A DNA stretch of 63,337 nt, counting the filler, from Atractiella rhizophila (Eukaryota): NCBI GenBank assembly GCA_021432655.1. It is 34 parts of 34 records of this genome, joined end to end, with 100 filler letters (N's around TTAATTAATTAA, not from the genome) between each part and the next. Parts side by side here need not be neighbours in the genome. Positions count along the whole stretch, not along the records: positions 11,548 to 13,367 come from MU272855.1; positions 13,468 to 15,279 come from MU272856.1; positions 15,380 to 17,191 come from MU272857.1; positions 17,292 to 19,102 come from MU272858.1; positions 19,203 to 21,005 come from MU272859.1; positions 21,106 to 22,899 come from MU272860.1; positions 23,000 to 24,790 come from MU272861.1; positions 24,891 to 26,679 come from MU272862.1; 26 more parts are not named here. One strand, given 5' to 3'. How positions within the stretch are numbered: the first letter of the stretch is position 1; every line of letters starts with the position of its first letter. The translations under genes were made by a program, and so were the position numbers. Below, one piece after another: positions 12,056 to 25,850 of this stretch. Below the pieces are notes generated by a model. The model was not told the origin of the DNA. It made no database searches and worked only from the letters and a program-made list of their open reading frames with translations.

Positions 12056-15000
12056 ATAGCAGTCGTGAGCAACAGAATATTTAAAGGACGAATGAGAACA
12101 GATGCTCCCCAAAGCCATCACGGGAAGGTCCAAAAATGATCGTATGCAAAGGAAGGAAGGAGTGTTAAGCTTATGTGGGAACACCTTAACACCATGTGGC
12201 CACAACCTTTTCTCATCGGAGTAGAAATAGCTTTCTAGAATACCAGTTCTGAAGTATATGCATCCTGTAAACTGAAGCAATATCATTCTCGTGCAAGGGG
12301 CTCCCTGCAACGACTAAAACTGTAATCCAATTCCACCCATTGCCTCTGCCTCTGCGCCAGCCTCTCCTCCTGAATCATGATATGAACTGCGCCACTTGCC
12401 AACTCTTTGATATTGTTCTTGGTACTGGTATCCAAAGTTCTAACAGGTATAACCAATTCCCTTCCGTACATTCATTAATCTGTTTGATTCGTGTCTCACT
12501 GATATCTATCGAATTATCAATAGATTATCACCTACTCGCACCGTCAACCACACTGTAAATCTGGGAAGGCCGGGTCAGATTGGAAGTACTGACCTTCACG
12601 ACACTTCGGAGGCTGTGACAGGTAGCTTACTCTTTATGTATTTGGCATTTAATGCTTAACCCCTGGATTGTGATAGAAAAATAACGCTGGTCTGTCTACA
12701 CTACTATGTGCTAGCCACTCATTAAACGAGGTCTGTGAATGTTAATGTCTTACCAACCCCGCTGACTGATCTTGATATCAAAGGAGATGCCTTTCAACAT
12801 GTAGACAAGAACAGTGGCCATTAGGAATGCGTTCATTCAACATAAGAAGGATGAGTGAACACGAACGCCGCGCTTCTTCAGCTTTAGAAATGATCTTGCC
12901 GTGCTTCACAGATGTGGTTGGCGAAAGCAAAAGCCACTGTGACGATCGGTTCCACCCAACCTGAACTATTCAAGTGTATCTAACTTCAATCATGTTGATT
13001 TTGCGAAATAATCGGCCAGTACTCAATAACTAAAACAAGCCAGCTCCCCACACCCTAATTTTCGCTTCGTATCCTGCTGAAGTTGACGTCCCTCCGATTC
13101 CGGATTCCCTTTCACTGGCTTAAGCTTCTCCGGAGAAGATTTAATTCCTGTGCAGGTCGCGGAGAGTATGACAGCGCGGCGGTAAAACTAATTCATGGGA
13201 TGTCTGAGCGGATCAAGAGGAAGACAAACGTAGGCTCTGGAACGTCCCCTTCAGAGGATTCAGAGTCATCCTCAGAGTCGTCTTCAGAGTCTCCAGCTGA
13301 TGACTCGCCCTCACGGGCGAGTGGAGCCGCCACCCGATGATTCCTGACGCCAAATCGCGACCATGACNNNNNNNNNNNNNNNNNNNNNNNNNNNNNNNNN
13401 NNNNNNNNNNNTTAATTAATTAANNNNNNNNNNNNNNNNNNNNNNNNNNNNNNNNNNNNNNNNNNNNAAAAACTAAGGACAAGCTTGCATGAACGAAGTG
13501 AAATCCAGAGAGTCCCTTCATACTTATGAACGACTGCCACCATACAGATCCAGGTCCACAGTAAGTTTAGGACTCTCCTTCAACCACTCCATGCAAGCAG
13601 ATAGCAAAAACTTACCTGATGCCTGCATTCCCTCGTCGACTCCCTCGCCAGTTAGACAACCTGCGAAAGGAGGCGGTCGGAGATATGATGTCACATTCAA
13701 ACGACGACGAACCGAACAAGGCGGAAACGACAAACTCAACAATTCCTCAGCTATCGCCTTTCCTACGCGTGTCAAACTTCTCCTGTTGCTTAAGGGATAT
13801 GGTGAGTAGGTTTACGGACGATTTTTTTCATTTTGAACGCGCTTTTCACTCCGGGTCACTAAATTTTCACTTTTAGGCCCCTGATTTTTCGACGCGTTTT
13901 TTCCGACAATTGTGAGTATTTCGACTCCGGTCCGACTTCTATGGGCAGAGGGATAATCCTTATGTTATGTGGGAATGTTTTGTTTTGGTTATTGGAGGTG
14001 GAATTGGGCAAAAAAGTGCGTTTTTCGGTCCTAAATTAGCGTGGCGTGCAGACTTCGACGGAGCATTGATTTGTGTCTAAGTGTCGCGTCAATTCACTGC
14101 GTTGAACAACATTGAATCCAGGAGAACTGTTCTGCTGCCAAAAACGTGCCACTTTCCAGTTAAGAGCTCGGAACTGTGGACTTACAATTTTTCGAACTAC
14201 TTCCAGCTCTCTGACCTCCTCAAGCTTCTGACTTTGCATTCTGTATGGTTAGTGACACGCATCAACTGTCCTTCTCAATGCTCATTTAATCTTGACGGAT
14301 CGTCTGGACGACACGCTCACCCAACGAACTTTCTTTCATAGATCTGCTAAGTCTTTCCACTTGTACCCGTTTGAAAATCTTGTTTATCAATGACTTAGGT
14401 TCAGTCCACACGACGACCTAGATCAATTTCTCAACCATTTCGCTCGCCTCTTTCTCGTTCAATGGGTTACCTGGTTTTCCAAGAAGAGAACCGGCCTTGA
14501 CTCCTTGAGCGAAGATTATCTGAGACTCGATCTGTAGAACGACTAACCATGTTGTATTTAGGCAGCGCAATGAGCAATGAGGAATACGAGATCAAGCGAC
14601 GAAAGACAGGAACTTCGTATGGTGCAACTTGAACGGGAGAGGAAGAACGAGGACGAGGGAAGGTGAGGAGTGAAGGCGAAGGCGAACAAGTGGGGAGAGG
14701 AGTAGGAGCGAGCGATCAGCGATTAGGATCAGGGGAAGGGGGTGGGAAGAATGAAGCTGGACGGCGAAGAAGGGGAAGAGATGCTGCTTGAAGGCTGTGG
14801 TACCTTATACTGTATGCAATGGTATGAGGGTTGCACAATGAGTTGCTTGTGAAGAACCATAGGAGTCTACTTTGAAGATGGTGTCGCAATTACACTCTAA
14901 TGCTTAACAAACACCAGACCGCTCGTTACACAATCATGACACAACGCGTCCACAACGCTTCCAAAACGACCACCACACCATTCACCAATCAATCCAAAAT

Positions 15001-17416
15001 AATTCTCCAATACTGCCCAAACGCTCCTCCCACGGCCGTCCAACGTCTCCCCAACGCGTCCACAAGCCTCCAGCAATCGTCCTCAGACGCTCCAACAACG
15101 AGCGCCGAATATCCCTCCAACGTCACGAAACCATTATCGCAGGGACATATTTTCGTGGTGCGAACATTGTTGAGATTGTGGACGGTTTGTACGTCCCCGA
15201 TACTTGCACGACGATTCCGAAAAAGGGGGGTGGTCTAGCTAGGTAAGGCTGAGGTTGCTCAAGGCCTCCACTACGCATTNNNNNNNNNNNNNNNNNNNNN
15301 NNNNNNNNNNNNNNNNNNNNNNNTTAATTAATTAANNNNNNNNNNNNNNNNNNNNNNNNNNNNNNNNNNNNNNNNNNNNCAGTTATTGACATCTGGGTCT
15401 TCAACAGCATGTCACGTCACAATCAAACACATCAGAAGGGGAAAACAAGGGCAACGTACTGCAAGGGCAGCGAGGCTGATTTGAAAAAGAAAATATATCA
15501 GCCCGACAAAAGTGAAGAAAGACGAAGTCTCACGAGGCGCTTTTCCATTGCCTGTTCCGTCGTCGCTCCAAACACTGCTCCGAAGAGAAGGAAGATGGAG
15601 GCCACTCTGATGAGGGAGAAGTTCATATCTGAGAGGTAAACGACGTTGAATAGTTGTATCGTCATTTGAGAAACACCTACTGCTTAGGAACCAAAAAGTA
15701 TTGCTCGTTTCGCAGACATCGTCTTCTGCTGGAAGGCTCTCATTTTATGAGTCGGCCTCCTCCCGACGAAAAGAGAGAGCAGTTACGAACAGAAGTACGA
15801 GACAATATGCGACCAAGAAAAGTGCCTTAGGATATCGAACTTGGCTTCACGTTAATGGCTGGAAGTTTCTCCCGACTTTTGGTGGAGATTTCATATAGCT
15901 GTACACGAACAGCAAGAGGTTCATGAATCTGTACTATTTACCGCCAAGGGCAGCAAGGGGAAAGGCAAAGCCCGAGTACGAGAGTCTAGGAATTAACATG
16001 ACATTCCGGGTATGTTGGACAGGAGTGAAGATTTTGAGCGAAATATTCGAGCATTGTCCAAATTCTTTTTTTCTATGAATCCGCCAGCAAACAAACATGG
16101 AATGCAGGACTCAGCAGTTCTTAAAAATCTGTTAGAATCCCGTCATACAGTCTCCATGAATGAGAACCAAGAGGCACAGTCAACAACAAGATGAAACCTG
16201 GTGCTTTCATGCACTTCTGATGAAAATCACAATGGAGGAGCAACAGCTTTGCTATCAAACCTTATTACCTCAGGTTCCTTGTCTGCTTCCCATCGGATCC
16301 GCCTGATTCTGTTCAAAACCAGAAAATTGAAAGTCATAATCAGCAGTAATCATGAGATGATGGATTCAAATCTCACGCTTGCATTCGTTTGTTGGAGGCG
16401 AAGGAAGTCTGATCTGAGACCAAAGAGGAAAGGGTGTTTGGTGAGAGGATATTAGAACATTGTGCTTTGTGCTTTTTATGGCGTCCCAGGCCAACACAGG
16501 CGCGTTATTTCTATCCATACCTTTGTCCCAATATAGTACAAGTCTGAGTGTTGTCGCACTTTCTGCAATTGGCCATGGGACTCCGTGGAAACGTTCTTAC
16601 AGTTCAGGTTCTCAGGGAACTCACGGGTCATTGTCCCCATCGATCCTGCCTCCATTCCTATTTTAACGAGTGACAACTATCCTCTTCTGTCTGACAGCAA
16701 GGATCACTGCTACTTTAGAAGAAACAATGATGACAGACCTACACACGTGATCATCTTCAGTCAGACCGAAGACGAGTCGCGAAGCCAGCCAAGAAATTGA
16801 GATGCTCACCGGTTTCACCCAAAAGTCACCAAAAAAAAGCGTTCCTTCTGGAGACCGTAACTGTATTGTCATTTGTCCGCACTGTAGCTGTGTACGTCGT
16901 GGCGACTGAACATTGCTCATTCCCTTGTCCTCGCACGCACAACTCGATGATCGCCTTCAAGGTTTTCGCGAACTCGGTTCGACCATATGAGCCAGGAGGG
17001 CTCGGCGTTGCGCTTGGGGCTTTCTCAATCAACGACCACTTTGCCTGGGCCATTTTCCTCTCCGTTTAATTCTCACGCACAATGTCCAGTTTGCCTCGAT
17101 GGCATCATGACCATGATCCAGCCTCTTCCAAGTGGGGAAAGCGCCGCCTTCGCCTTACTTCACTTGCCCTCCCTTTGACCTTCCTCCTCTTNNNNNNNNN
17201 NNNNNNNNNNNNNNNNNNNNNNNNNNNNNNNNNNNTTAATTAATTAANNNNNNNNNNNNNNNNNNNNNNNNNNNNNNNNNNNNNNNNNNNNGGGGACTTG
17301 GACTACAACCACAGCATCATGATCTTTCCTGAGGAACATGAACATGTGCCATAAAAAGGAGACATTCCAGAGGTAAATGCTTCGACAGGATCTCGCGGCA
17401 GGTTCTGATTCTCAAC

Positions 17417-19102
17417 ATGCTACTCTTTCTAGTGTCTGTATCACACCCCACCAATCCCGACACCTCCGAGTCCAATCTCAACATCACCTTCACGAATATC
17501 GCAAAAGAGCTTTGGTCTACACGCATCTGCAATGTGGAGTTTGAGTTACGGACAACATCACTCGCCGCAGAGGAAAAGGACGAATCGTTGTATCCCATCA
17601 CATTTGAGGTGGATATCAATGATCCACGCACCTATTCAGTCCTGATTCTTGCGAACAATGACCTGTCCACTGTGGTCGGGACTGTTTCTACGGATTCAAC
17701 GGCTTCAGAATTACGCAAGTCAGCTTTGAATGATCCGAGCATCCAACTCGAAGCAGGAGCGAATCCTGTCAGGCTCGATATCACTGTAATGGAGAGATGG
17801 GAGCACTCTCCATTCAACGATCTGCCTAACGAAATGATATACTTGATTTTCGAGTCCATGATCAAGGCTGAAGATTATGACGCAAAAACGAGGGTAAGGT
17901 CATTATCTCTCGCTCAAAGTGGTGCCCACTAACACTCAGTATTAAGGAAAATTCTGCCATTTTTCGACACCTTAAGCGCCTTCGATTAGTCAATCACCTG
18001 TTTTCTCGCATTTCTTTCTTTAAAATATGCCAGCTTTGTGGATATTACGATGTACCACGGGCAGTGACAATGGCCGATAATAAAACATACAAAGCGACCC
18101 CGATCGATCCAATTTTCTTGATGGAGCACTACCCTACCGACTTTCCTCCTCACCTTGAAATTCTCAAGAGCGAGTGGATCAAGCCCAGACACAGGCTTTC
18201 CAGGTTATGGTCCATTCTTCTTCGAGCTTTTCAAATCAGTTTAAGGCTTCGGAACATGAACCTAATGCTCGGCGCACCGCCAGAGACCAAACATCGAAAA
18301 CGGATTCTGCGTTCTCTGGCCCAGCTCCCTAGCCTGAAAATCTTGACCCTACAAAATTCGGTAACTACTGGGCGTACACGATGGAACGCGGCAGACCTCG
18401 CCTTCTATCTTCAACAAGATATTCGCGTCGAATGGATCCAACTCTCTGGCTGGGATCTATCCTCTCCTGCGGACTTCAGCACTTGCAGAAGGGCACAGAA
18501 TCTTATAGGTCTCAGCCTTACAGGATGTCGCATCACTCTTCCAATTCTAGAACAGGCTTTGCCTTTCCTTGTTCCTTTAGCAGGACGAGCAAGACATCGA
18601 GATGATTTCAATTCGGTATTCTTTAACACTTTCGCCCCAGGGAGACTTAATCCGGAGCACGCGGTCTCCTTACTGTCCTCCCTAACCACCTCCTTACATT
18701 GGTTGATAGTTACCAATTGGCTGCATGAAAGAGATGCATTCAAACGTCAAATTATCCTGAAAAATCCTCTGGACGAGCATCTGTACACTTTTCGAGGTTT
18801 GTTTGAGTTTGAAAATGACCCATGATTTCTAACGTGTTGCAGAGCTCCGACGATTGATCCTTGATGGAGCGCACTCTTCTACCAATCTGGTTTCTCCTCA
18901 TTTTTTACAACACCTGCACTGTCCCACTCTCCAGCTTTTGACCATCGCATGCTGTTATCTGGTCTATGAGGACGTCTTAAACTTCCTATCTTCACGCGCA
19001 CAGTTTGCAGCCCATCGAACAACCAAGTTTTGGTTCAGTTTTACCCCACTTTGGGGAGATTTGGACGTCGTAATGTTCGCTAAAGACATGATCGAGCTTG
19101 AC
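17417..19102 (+). CDS. F-box-like / LRR(RNI)-like protein, paralog of 6051-7605; partial
   Basis: ERWEHSPFNDLPNEMIYLIF ... HLKRLRLVNHLFSRI after a GTAAGG intron near 17894; LAQLPSLKILTL, WIQLSGWDL, LSLTGC, LILDGAHSSTNLVSPHFL. Confidence 0.62.
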
Positions 19103-19964
19103 NNNNNNNNNNNNNNNNNNNNNNNNNNNNNNNNNNNNNNNNNNNNTTAATTAATTAANNNNNNNNNNNNNNNNNNNNNNNNNNNNNNNNNNNNNNNNNN
19201 NNGGAGGATCGGTTTATGGAAGGGGCGGGAAGAGGTGGGAAGAGGATGATCTGATGGGGAGACACTTCTTTGTAGTCCGGGGCATGGGAGAGGGCGAAGA
19301 AGGCGAGAAGGCGAAAGACAAGATTGCCCAGGAGTGGTTCGCGACCGTCGAGGAGTGGGAGGCTTAGATTATTCCTAAGCGCCAAAATTTGTCGATTCGT
19401 GTACACTTGTAGAGTTGATGTGATGATAAACATGTTCCATATCCAGACTATATTCATATCCATGATACTACAACTTTGAGGGAACCTTCGAAGATTTTAG
19501 GGAAAGGAAGTAGCAAAACAAAGGATGATGTTAGTTGTCAATAACACAGTGCTTCGTCGAGGCATCAGAAGACTCAGAGGTCGATCGATCAGTCTGAAAG
19601 TCGAAACCAGCAAACATTTGAGAAAGGAGAAGGGATAAGCAAGGACTGACGTTTAAATTGTTGTATCTGGGAGAAAAAAAACAAAATAAAGGATATAAGT
19701 TCGAAATGAAAGGTCGACTTGAATTGTTCATAAAGGGCAGGCACCGACTTGGATTACGGATTGTGGGAGTCGACAATAGTTAGACGTCTTGATTGCATGC
19801 AACAATACACTGAAAACTTGGCATGGCGCGGCATGGCTGATTGTTTCGACAAGCTGGATGATCAAGATGAAGAGAAATAATAAAGAGAAATGGATGTCGG
19901 CGAAGAGGGATATCGTTTCCGTGTTTATGTTCGTAGAGACTGAGACTTTCCGTGAACATCCAAT

Positions 19965-21005
19965 CTACATCTCCAGACTGTCGCCTTTCTCAAGTTGAAA
20001 TCCATGGACCCTCAGTCGATAGAGGCAGGTGACGTCCTTATTGCCATGATTGCTCATAACCTTCAGCACGACGACTCCGACGGGAATCTGCAACCTTTCG
20101 GCCAACGAGTTGGCAGGGAAGGTTTGAATGTGGTTCTTCGCATCAACGTCGTAACTTCCCGAAGCGAGGAGAATGTGATTCGGACTCTGAGGAACAGATC
20201 CTTCTGGCTCCTCAAACTCTGTGCCATCCTCGCCTCTCGCCAGCGCCTCCGCCCTCTTCTTATTCCTCTCAATCCGATCCTGTCGCAAACGTTCCACATC
20301 TTTCTTGTCCTCAATCACACCCCAAACTTCAAAGTTTCGAGGTGCGAGGCTCATGTCGTAGTTGACCTCTTTCGCCGCATGCTCAATTGTCACATCCGTG
20401 ACCACGATCCGGCGGCTGAGAAGGACACCGAGATTGCCCTTCGATCCCTTGAAGGGCCAGCATGAACCAGGGGTGAGTTGGGGAGAGAGCGCGTGGACAG
20501 GTGAGAGACCGTAGATAATGCCACGACCGGTAGCTGATGCAATGATACGACGGAAGAAACCTTTAGGTCGAACAGAATATATTTCGGAAGTGAGCTCGGG
20601 TATGACTCTCCCTCCTGCGGAATAGAGCGCGTAGTCTGGCCGCGCAAGGGTATCCTTGGAGTATCGAAGGAGGGCTTCGTCGATGAGGGATTCGACCAGA
20701 GAGGCGATGTCGTCTCCTGTCTTCGTTGTATACCTGCTTTTTGGAGAAGCGGAGTCCTTGATGATTTGCTGAGTCTGAACTCGTGTTTTGTCCAAAATCT
20801 CCTGTCCCAGTTTGTTGAGGTTTTCATTGAACTTTTTGTCTGAATCCGTCTTCAAAGTCTGAATCTCCCTCTTCAAGATGTCCAAGAACGTCGCTCTCGA
20901 AACTACTACACCTGACCCAACCTTCTGCTGAACGTCGGCATCGATCCAAGTCTTCAGAGACGCCTCATTTGCCACCAGGAACTCTTGCCAAGTAGGCTGA
21001 CGAAC
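19965..21005 (-). CDS. SUN-domain (Sad1/UNC-84) nuclear envelope protein, 5' truncated
   Basis: RPDYALYSAGGRVIPELTS, PGSCWPFKGSKGNLGVLL, VTIEHAAKE, APRNFEVWG, SNHGNKDVTCLYRLRVHG. Confidence 0.95.
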   Translation of the reverse strand, partial: VRQPTWQEFLVANEASLKTWIDADVQQKVGSGVVVSRATFLDILKREIQTLKTDSDKKFNENLNKLGQEILDKTRVQTQQIIKDSASPKSRYTTKTGDDIASLVESLIDEALLRYSKDTLARPDYALYSAGGRVIPELTSEIYSVRPKGFFRRIIASATGRGIIYGLSPVHALSPQLTPGSCWPFKGSKGNLGVLLSRRIVVTDVTIEHAAKEVNYDMSLAPRNFEVWGVIEDKKDVERLRQDRIERNKKRAEALARGEDGTEFEEPEGSVPQSPNHILLASGSYDVDAKNHIQTFPANSLAERLQIPVGVVVLKVMSNHGNKDVTCLYRLRVHGFQLEKGDSLEM

Positions 21006-21770
21006 NNNNNNNNNNNNNNNNNNNNNNNNNNNNNNNNNNNNNNNNNNNNTTAATTAATTAANNNNNNNNNNNNNNNNNNNNNNNNNNNNNNNNNNNNNNN
21101 NNNNNAAACGAACCACAAATATTGACGTTCCCTTCAAGCTCAAGTAGCATGGGTTGGCTTAAGAATATCTCTCTAGCAGTCGCACAGAGCCATCGTATCT
21201 CTGATTCGCGCAAGAAGACTTCTCTCGGGGTTCGACGACCGCGTACTGGGAAAAAAGGATCAATAAAGATTTCTCCTTGGGCCGTGAACTTTGACGAAAC
21301 AGACCTGCAAGCAAGCGCGCTATTATGTCGTCCACGTCTACCTCTAGCTCTAAGTGGAATGAGGGCATTTTTAACGTGTAGATTACTGAGTAGTTTGGTA
21401 GTCGTAATGCCAGTAAAGTAGAAATAATGTGATGTTAAGCTGGCCGAGCAGACGTGACGTTAAAAGAGGCAGACCAGCAGTACGTTGTCGCCTGTAATAG
21501 CTCGAGTGCAAGGATATAGGAATGTTGGCGCAGCTGCAGGAATAAGACCGGTAGGGTGCGAGGAAAACTCGAAGAAGTGTTGGCGGAAGACGCTACTAGT
21601 AATCAGTACGAGTATTAGTGCAATGAATCGTGCCCAAGGCAATTACGCAACAATTTCAAATTCAGGATGGAAGGGCAAGGGCAAGAGATCAGGTGCAGGA
21701 TCAGGTGACACGACACAAACTGGCATTCTAATTCACAACACATCTATATTCCTTTTATAAACAAACGAAC

Positions 21771-22899
21771 TCAGATTAGTTTAGCCACGTCCATAAGACC
21801 TCCAATAAGATGCAAGCTGCCCGTAACAAGGACATCGACTGTTCCCTCCGTCTGTACCAACTGGATGGCATCTTCAATCGACGGGAGGACGGATACTGCC
21901 GTCTCTGAAGCTCTGAATGGCGTCAGATCGTCGCGTTGAACGAGGACCCTCCAAATATCCGCGAGCTCCTGTTGAACCGTCATCTGCTGTAGCGATTCGG
22001 GCGAGATGTTCGACGCCTGCAGATCTAGCATCAATTTGCAGCGGTCAGCATCGTCTCAGGGCACACGAAGGCGAGACGCACCTCCTTTGAACCCTCCATC
22101 TTTGTAGGTGACATTGGTGCAAAAGATGACATTGTCGAAGAATCGATCGAGCGTCTTTTTGCCGTCTTCAAACGCGACCCCAGCGGCGGTGGTGAGGAAG
22201 GAATCGAGGAGCGACTCCCCCGATCTTCCGGAGGTACAGTTGAAAATCAAGACGCGCTTCCTGTTCGGACTTCACGGTACACCGTCAGCAACCTCACCAC
22301 AGAAAGAGGAGACGAAACCCACTGTGTCTTTACTGTGTCTACCCACCATTCAGCACAGACCTTGAGACTTTCCACAGTGTGAGCGCCGTCCAACAACCAC
22401 CTGAGCCTCCCCCTCTCTGCAATCTGGCATCTCCCTGGCCATCGCACTTCTTCAAGCCCTTTGACGATGAGAGGAGGAAGGGGAGAAGGAGCGATGATGG
22501 ATGAATGGAGATGCGGAGGAGTTGTAGAGGTGGCGAGGTCCGCGGTGGGATTGAGGAAGGCTAGGACCATGGAGACGGCGAGGGAAGCATTAGAGAGCTG
22601 ATGTACTCCAGCTAGCCCAAGTGTTAGGTGTCGAAGCTCGGGATTGATGGTGACGACGTTGAAGGAGCGGACCTATTCATGTACTCATGAACAGGAATCG
22701 GTAAGCAAAGTCGAGAAAGGACCTACATTGGCTTCTGTGGCTTTCCGCTTGAGAACTTCGAATCCTTCTTGTGGCTGTTCCACAGTGAAGGCAGGCACGT
22801 CTTGCTACACCCAGCTTTAAAGCTCGTTCTACAGGACAAATGCAACAGAATAATACCTTGTAAATCCCTCCTTTCTGATCTGCGATCTCAGGTATAGTT
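21771..22899 (-). CDS. MET7: Folylpolyglutamate synthase (Met7-like), 5' truncated
   Basis: IADQKGGIYK, LGLAGVHQLSNASLAV, GLEEVRWPGRCQ, WLLDGAHTVESL, LIFNCTSGR, VLVTGSLHLIGG; multi-exon. Confidence 0.92.
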
Positions 22900-23595
22900 N
22901 NNNNNNNNNNNNNNNNNNNNNNNNNNNNNNNNNNNNNNNNNNNTTAATTAATTAANNNNNNNNNNNNNNNNNNNNNNNNNNNNNNNNNNNNNNNNNNNNC
23001 ATCAATTCATCATACCCCTCAAGCAGGTAAAGTGCGAACGGTCTCCTGCGCCTTCTGCAACTGCTGTGGACATGCTGGAGATATTCGACTGGGAGAGTCC
23101 AAGTGGCGAAGATGTCTCTGAGCGCTGTTGCCCCAACTTCCGTCGTTCGTTCAACTCACCTTCACGGAACCGAAGCAAAATTTTCGCTCACTCGAAATGC
23201 GGACATCAGATACCAGACGCGTTGAACGCAGGTGGATCACAAACAAGCAGGAAGAGGAAAGTGGATGCTAGTTAACCAGCGTCTCAGGTGGCAGCATTGG
23301 TGTGTTATAACGACACGGCCTGAGAACTTTTGGCTTCCGCATGGTGTACAGCAGAGGGAATACTGTGGGTGTGAGCGAGGTATTTGTTGTGAGGCATTTT
23401 TGAGTGATGCCGCGACGATGTCGGAAGCATGAGGTGGTGACATTAAAGCTATCAAAGCTGGTGACAGTCAAGACTGTGGGTTCAGCTAATGTGAAACGTG
23501 TTGAATTTCACATATGTTTCTGACGAGATCGATTGTGAATCTGAACGAACTACCACCTTTTCTATCACTATCCGAACGATGTCGTTGGAGGGTTG

Positions 23596-24790
23596 CTACT
23601 TTGCTGGAAGTATAGCCTGTCATTCAAGTTAGCCGAGGCTGACCATGAGCGATGGACTTACCGATTGAGGGCTGACAAAGTCATAATGACCAGAAGCCTT
23701 CATGAAGAAATTGTCGCCTGGTCGACGTCCAAAGTAGGTGTACTGAGAAGCAAGCGTCAGCGTGACCAAAGGACCAAGAACCCTTACAGGAAATCCCCAT
23801 CTGTGTTCCAAAACCTTCTCCAGACTTTCGAAATGTCGAGGTTCAAGTTGAATTTCTAGAGCTTTGAGGTTGTCGTGGAGATGGGCAACCTTCCGTCCTC
23901 CTGTGCAGGCGTTAGTTTGCTAGCTACTGGTTTTTTGTGACTTACCGATGATGGGGAAGACATATGGATACTTCTGGAGCGTGTATGCAAGAGCTACCGC
24001 TGTCACACTGGCACCACCTAGCTCATTTCCAATATTTTCCAAAACGTTGGACATTTCGATCTTATAGGATTATTAGCAAAGAGCTTTCGGACGTGTGACT
24101 GGCAAATCAGCTCACTTCTTTGGAATCCTGTTTGTTGCGACCTATCCAAGTCCTGAGTCCCTCCCCTTCCTTCTCGCGTTTCTCGAGAGCCTTAATCCTT
24201 ATCTAAATTACGGTATGCCTTAATTGTGAAGACTTACGGCTTTGGATTGGAACTTCCCAGAACCAAGCACACCATAGGCTGCCATTGATTGTGAGCTTCC
24301 TGTTGTTTCTTAGCTAAAACGTACGAGCAATGGCCATCCCCTCATCAAGAGACATGGGGATGCACTCAGTCTCCAAATCGCGTTCAAGAGTGGACCATTT
24401 TCCTACAAATCATTAATTCATTCAAAAGATTCACCATACTGCAAATGACACGGACCTTGGTACACCACGAATTGGGCCAGACCATGATCGCGAGCATACT
24501 GGTTGGCTAAGATGACCTTGAACACCTGCTAGTCGCTGGAAGGTTTGCCGACTGCCTACCTTTGCTCACGATCCATGCTGGTGCATCGCTTACTCCAAGG
24601 TATAGCACTTTACCTTGGGTTACCAACACATTAAGGCTCTGCATGACCTCCTCAATTGACGTGGTGTAGTCCCACCTACTCTTCTCATCAGCAGCGTTTA
24701 GCAGGCAGCACGATCCACCAACCAGTGGAGGTACAACACGTCAATATAATGCGTTTGGAGATTTTCTAACGACTTCTCCACACTGTCCTC
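23596..24790 (-). CDS. Aryl-alcohol dehydrogenase (aldo-keto reductase, AAD family), C-terminal part
   Basis: Spliced translation, missed by the ORF track: [100 protein letters not shown]; stop at 23596. Confidence 0.93.
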
Positions 24791-24890
24791 NNNNNNNNNN
24801 NNNNNNNNNNNNNNNNNNNNNNNNNNNNNNNNNNTTAATTAATTAANNNNNNNNNNNNNNNNNNNNNNNNNNNNNNNNNNNNNNNNNNNN

Positions 24891-25572
24891 CTTGGGGTTC
24901 GCATTAGGAGGGATAGAAAGCGAAGGATGATGTGGTTGGATCAAGAACAGTATGTTAAGGACCTCCTAGAACGCCAACAGATGGACGACTGCAACCCCGT
25001 CCTCACTCCACTCAACGTTGGACACGGTCTCAGCAAGCAGGACTGCCCTCATACAAAGGAAGAACAAGAAGAAATGCGCACCATCCCTTATAGCAACGTT
25101 GTTGGCTCCATGATGTACTTGGCCATCTTCACTCGTCCAGATATCGCTCACGCAGTCTCTGTACTTGGAAAGTACCTCTCTAATGCAGGAAACATCTTCT
25201 ACAATACCTCAAAGGCACTCAGAACTTAGGAATCGAGTATTCTGCAGCTGGTTTCGACCTCAAGCAACCTTTTCACGCCTTCTACGATGCAGATTTTGCT
25301 GGGTGCAAGGATACTGGACGTTCTACGGGAGGCTATCTCCTCAAGATAGGCAACGGAGCGGTCAGTTGGAGCAGCAAACTACAATCCCTTGTTCCTCTTT
25401 CTACTATGGAAGCGGAATATGTCTCAGGAGTCTCAGCAGGTCAAGAAGTTGTCTGGCTAAGGAATCTTTTAAAAGAGATTGGCTTCACTCCTCAAGGTCC
25501 TACTCCCCTCTTCACAGACAGCAGCAGCACTCTCCAGGTATCCAAGAACCCTGAGCACCGTAGTTCTGCCTA
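24891..25572 (+). mobile_element. Ty1/copia retrotransposon relic, RT C-terminus and RNase H
   Basis: LDQEQYVKDLL, PYSNVVGSMMYLAIFTRPDIAHAV, DADFAGCKDTGRSTGGY, VSWSSKLQSLVPLSTMEAEY, KNPEH. Frameshifting deletion near 25188; RNase H truncated. Confidence 0.93.
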
Positions 25573-25821
25573 GGAGTGTTGGTGCTCATTATTGACCACC
25601 AACCACTCCTAGCCTTAGATCCTTACACTGACAGCCTACCAGAGGGGCAAGCTGTCTGAGGACGGTGAGGAGAAGCTGATATCCGGAGTTGAGGGATTTG
25701 GAGGAGACCTAAATGAGTGACTATTATGCTTTCCAAGTGTTGGCATTGTATGGAAGTCAGGAGTACTGATTGAAGGTGAGTGTGGCTGAAGATGGCAGCA
25801 CTGTTGTATCAGAGAGAGCAT

Positions 25822-25850
25822 TGATCAAAAAGGAGTGTTGAAGTGTGTTG
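25822..25850 (+). mobile_element. Possible decayed polypurine tract and 3' LTR start (AAAAAGGAG-TGTTG)
   Basis: Purine run then TGTTG at 25836, downstream of the copia RNase H; resembles GGGGGAG-TGTTG with G>A changes. Confidence 0.45.

Noticed and set aside
15190..15245. Second Helitron 3' end (...GGGGGGTGGTCTAG)
   Set aside because: No convincing hairpin before CTAG and the next base is C, not T.
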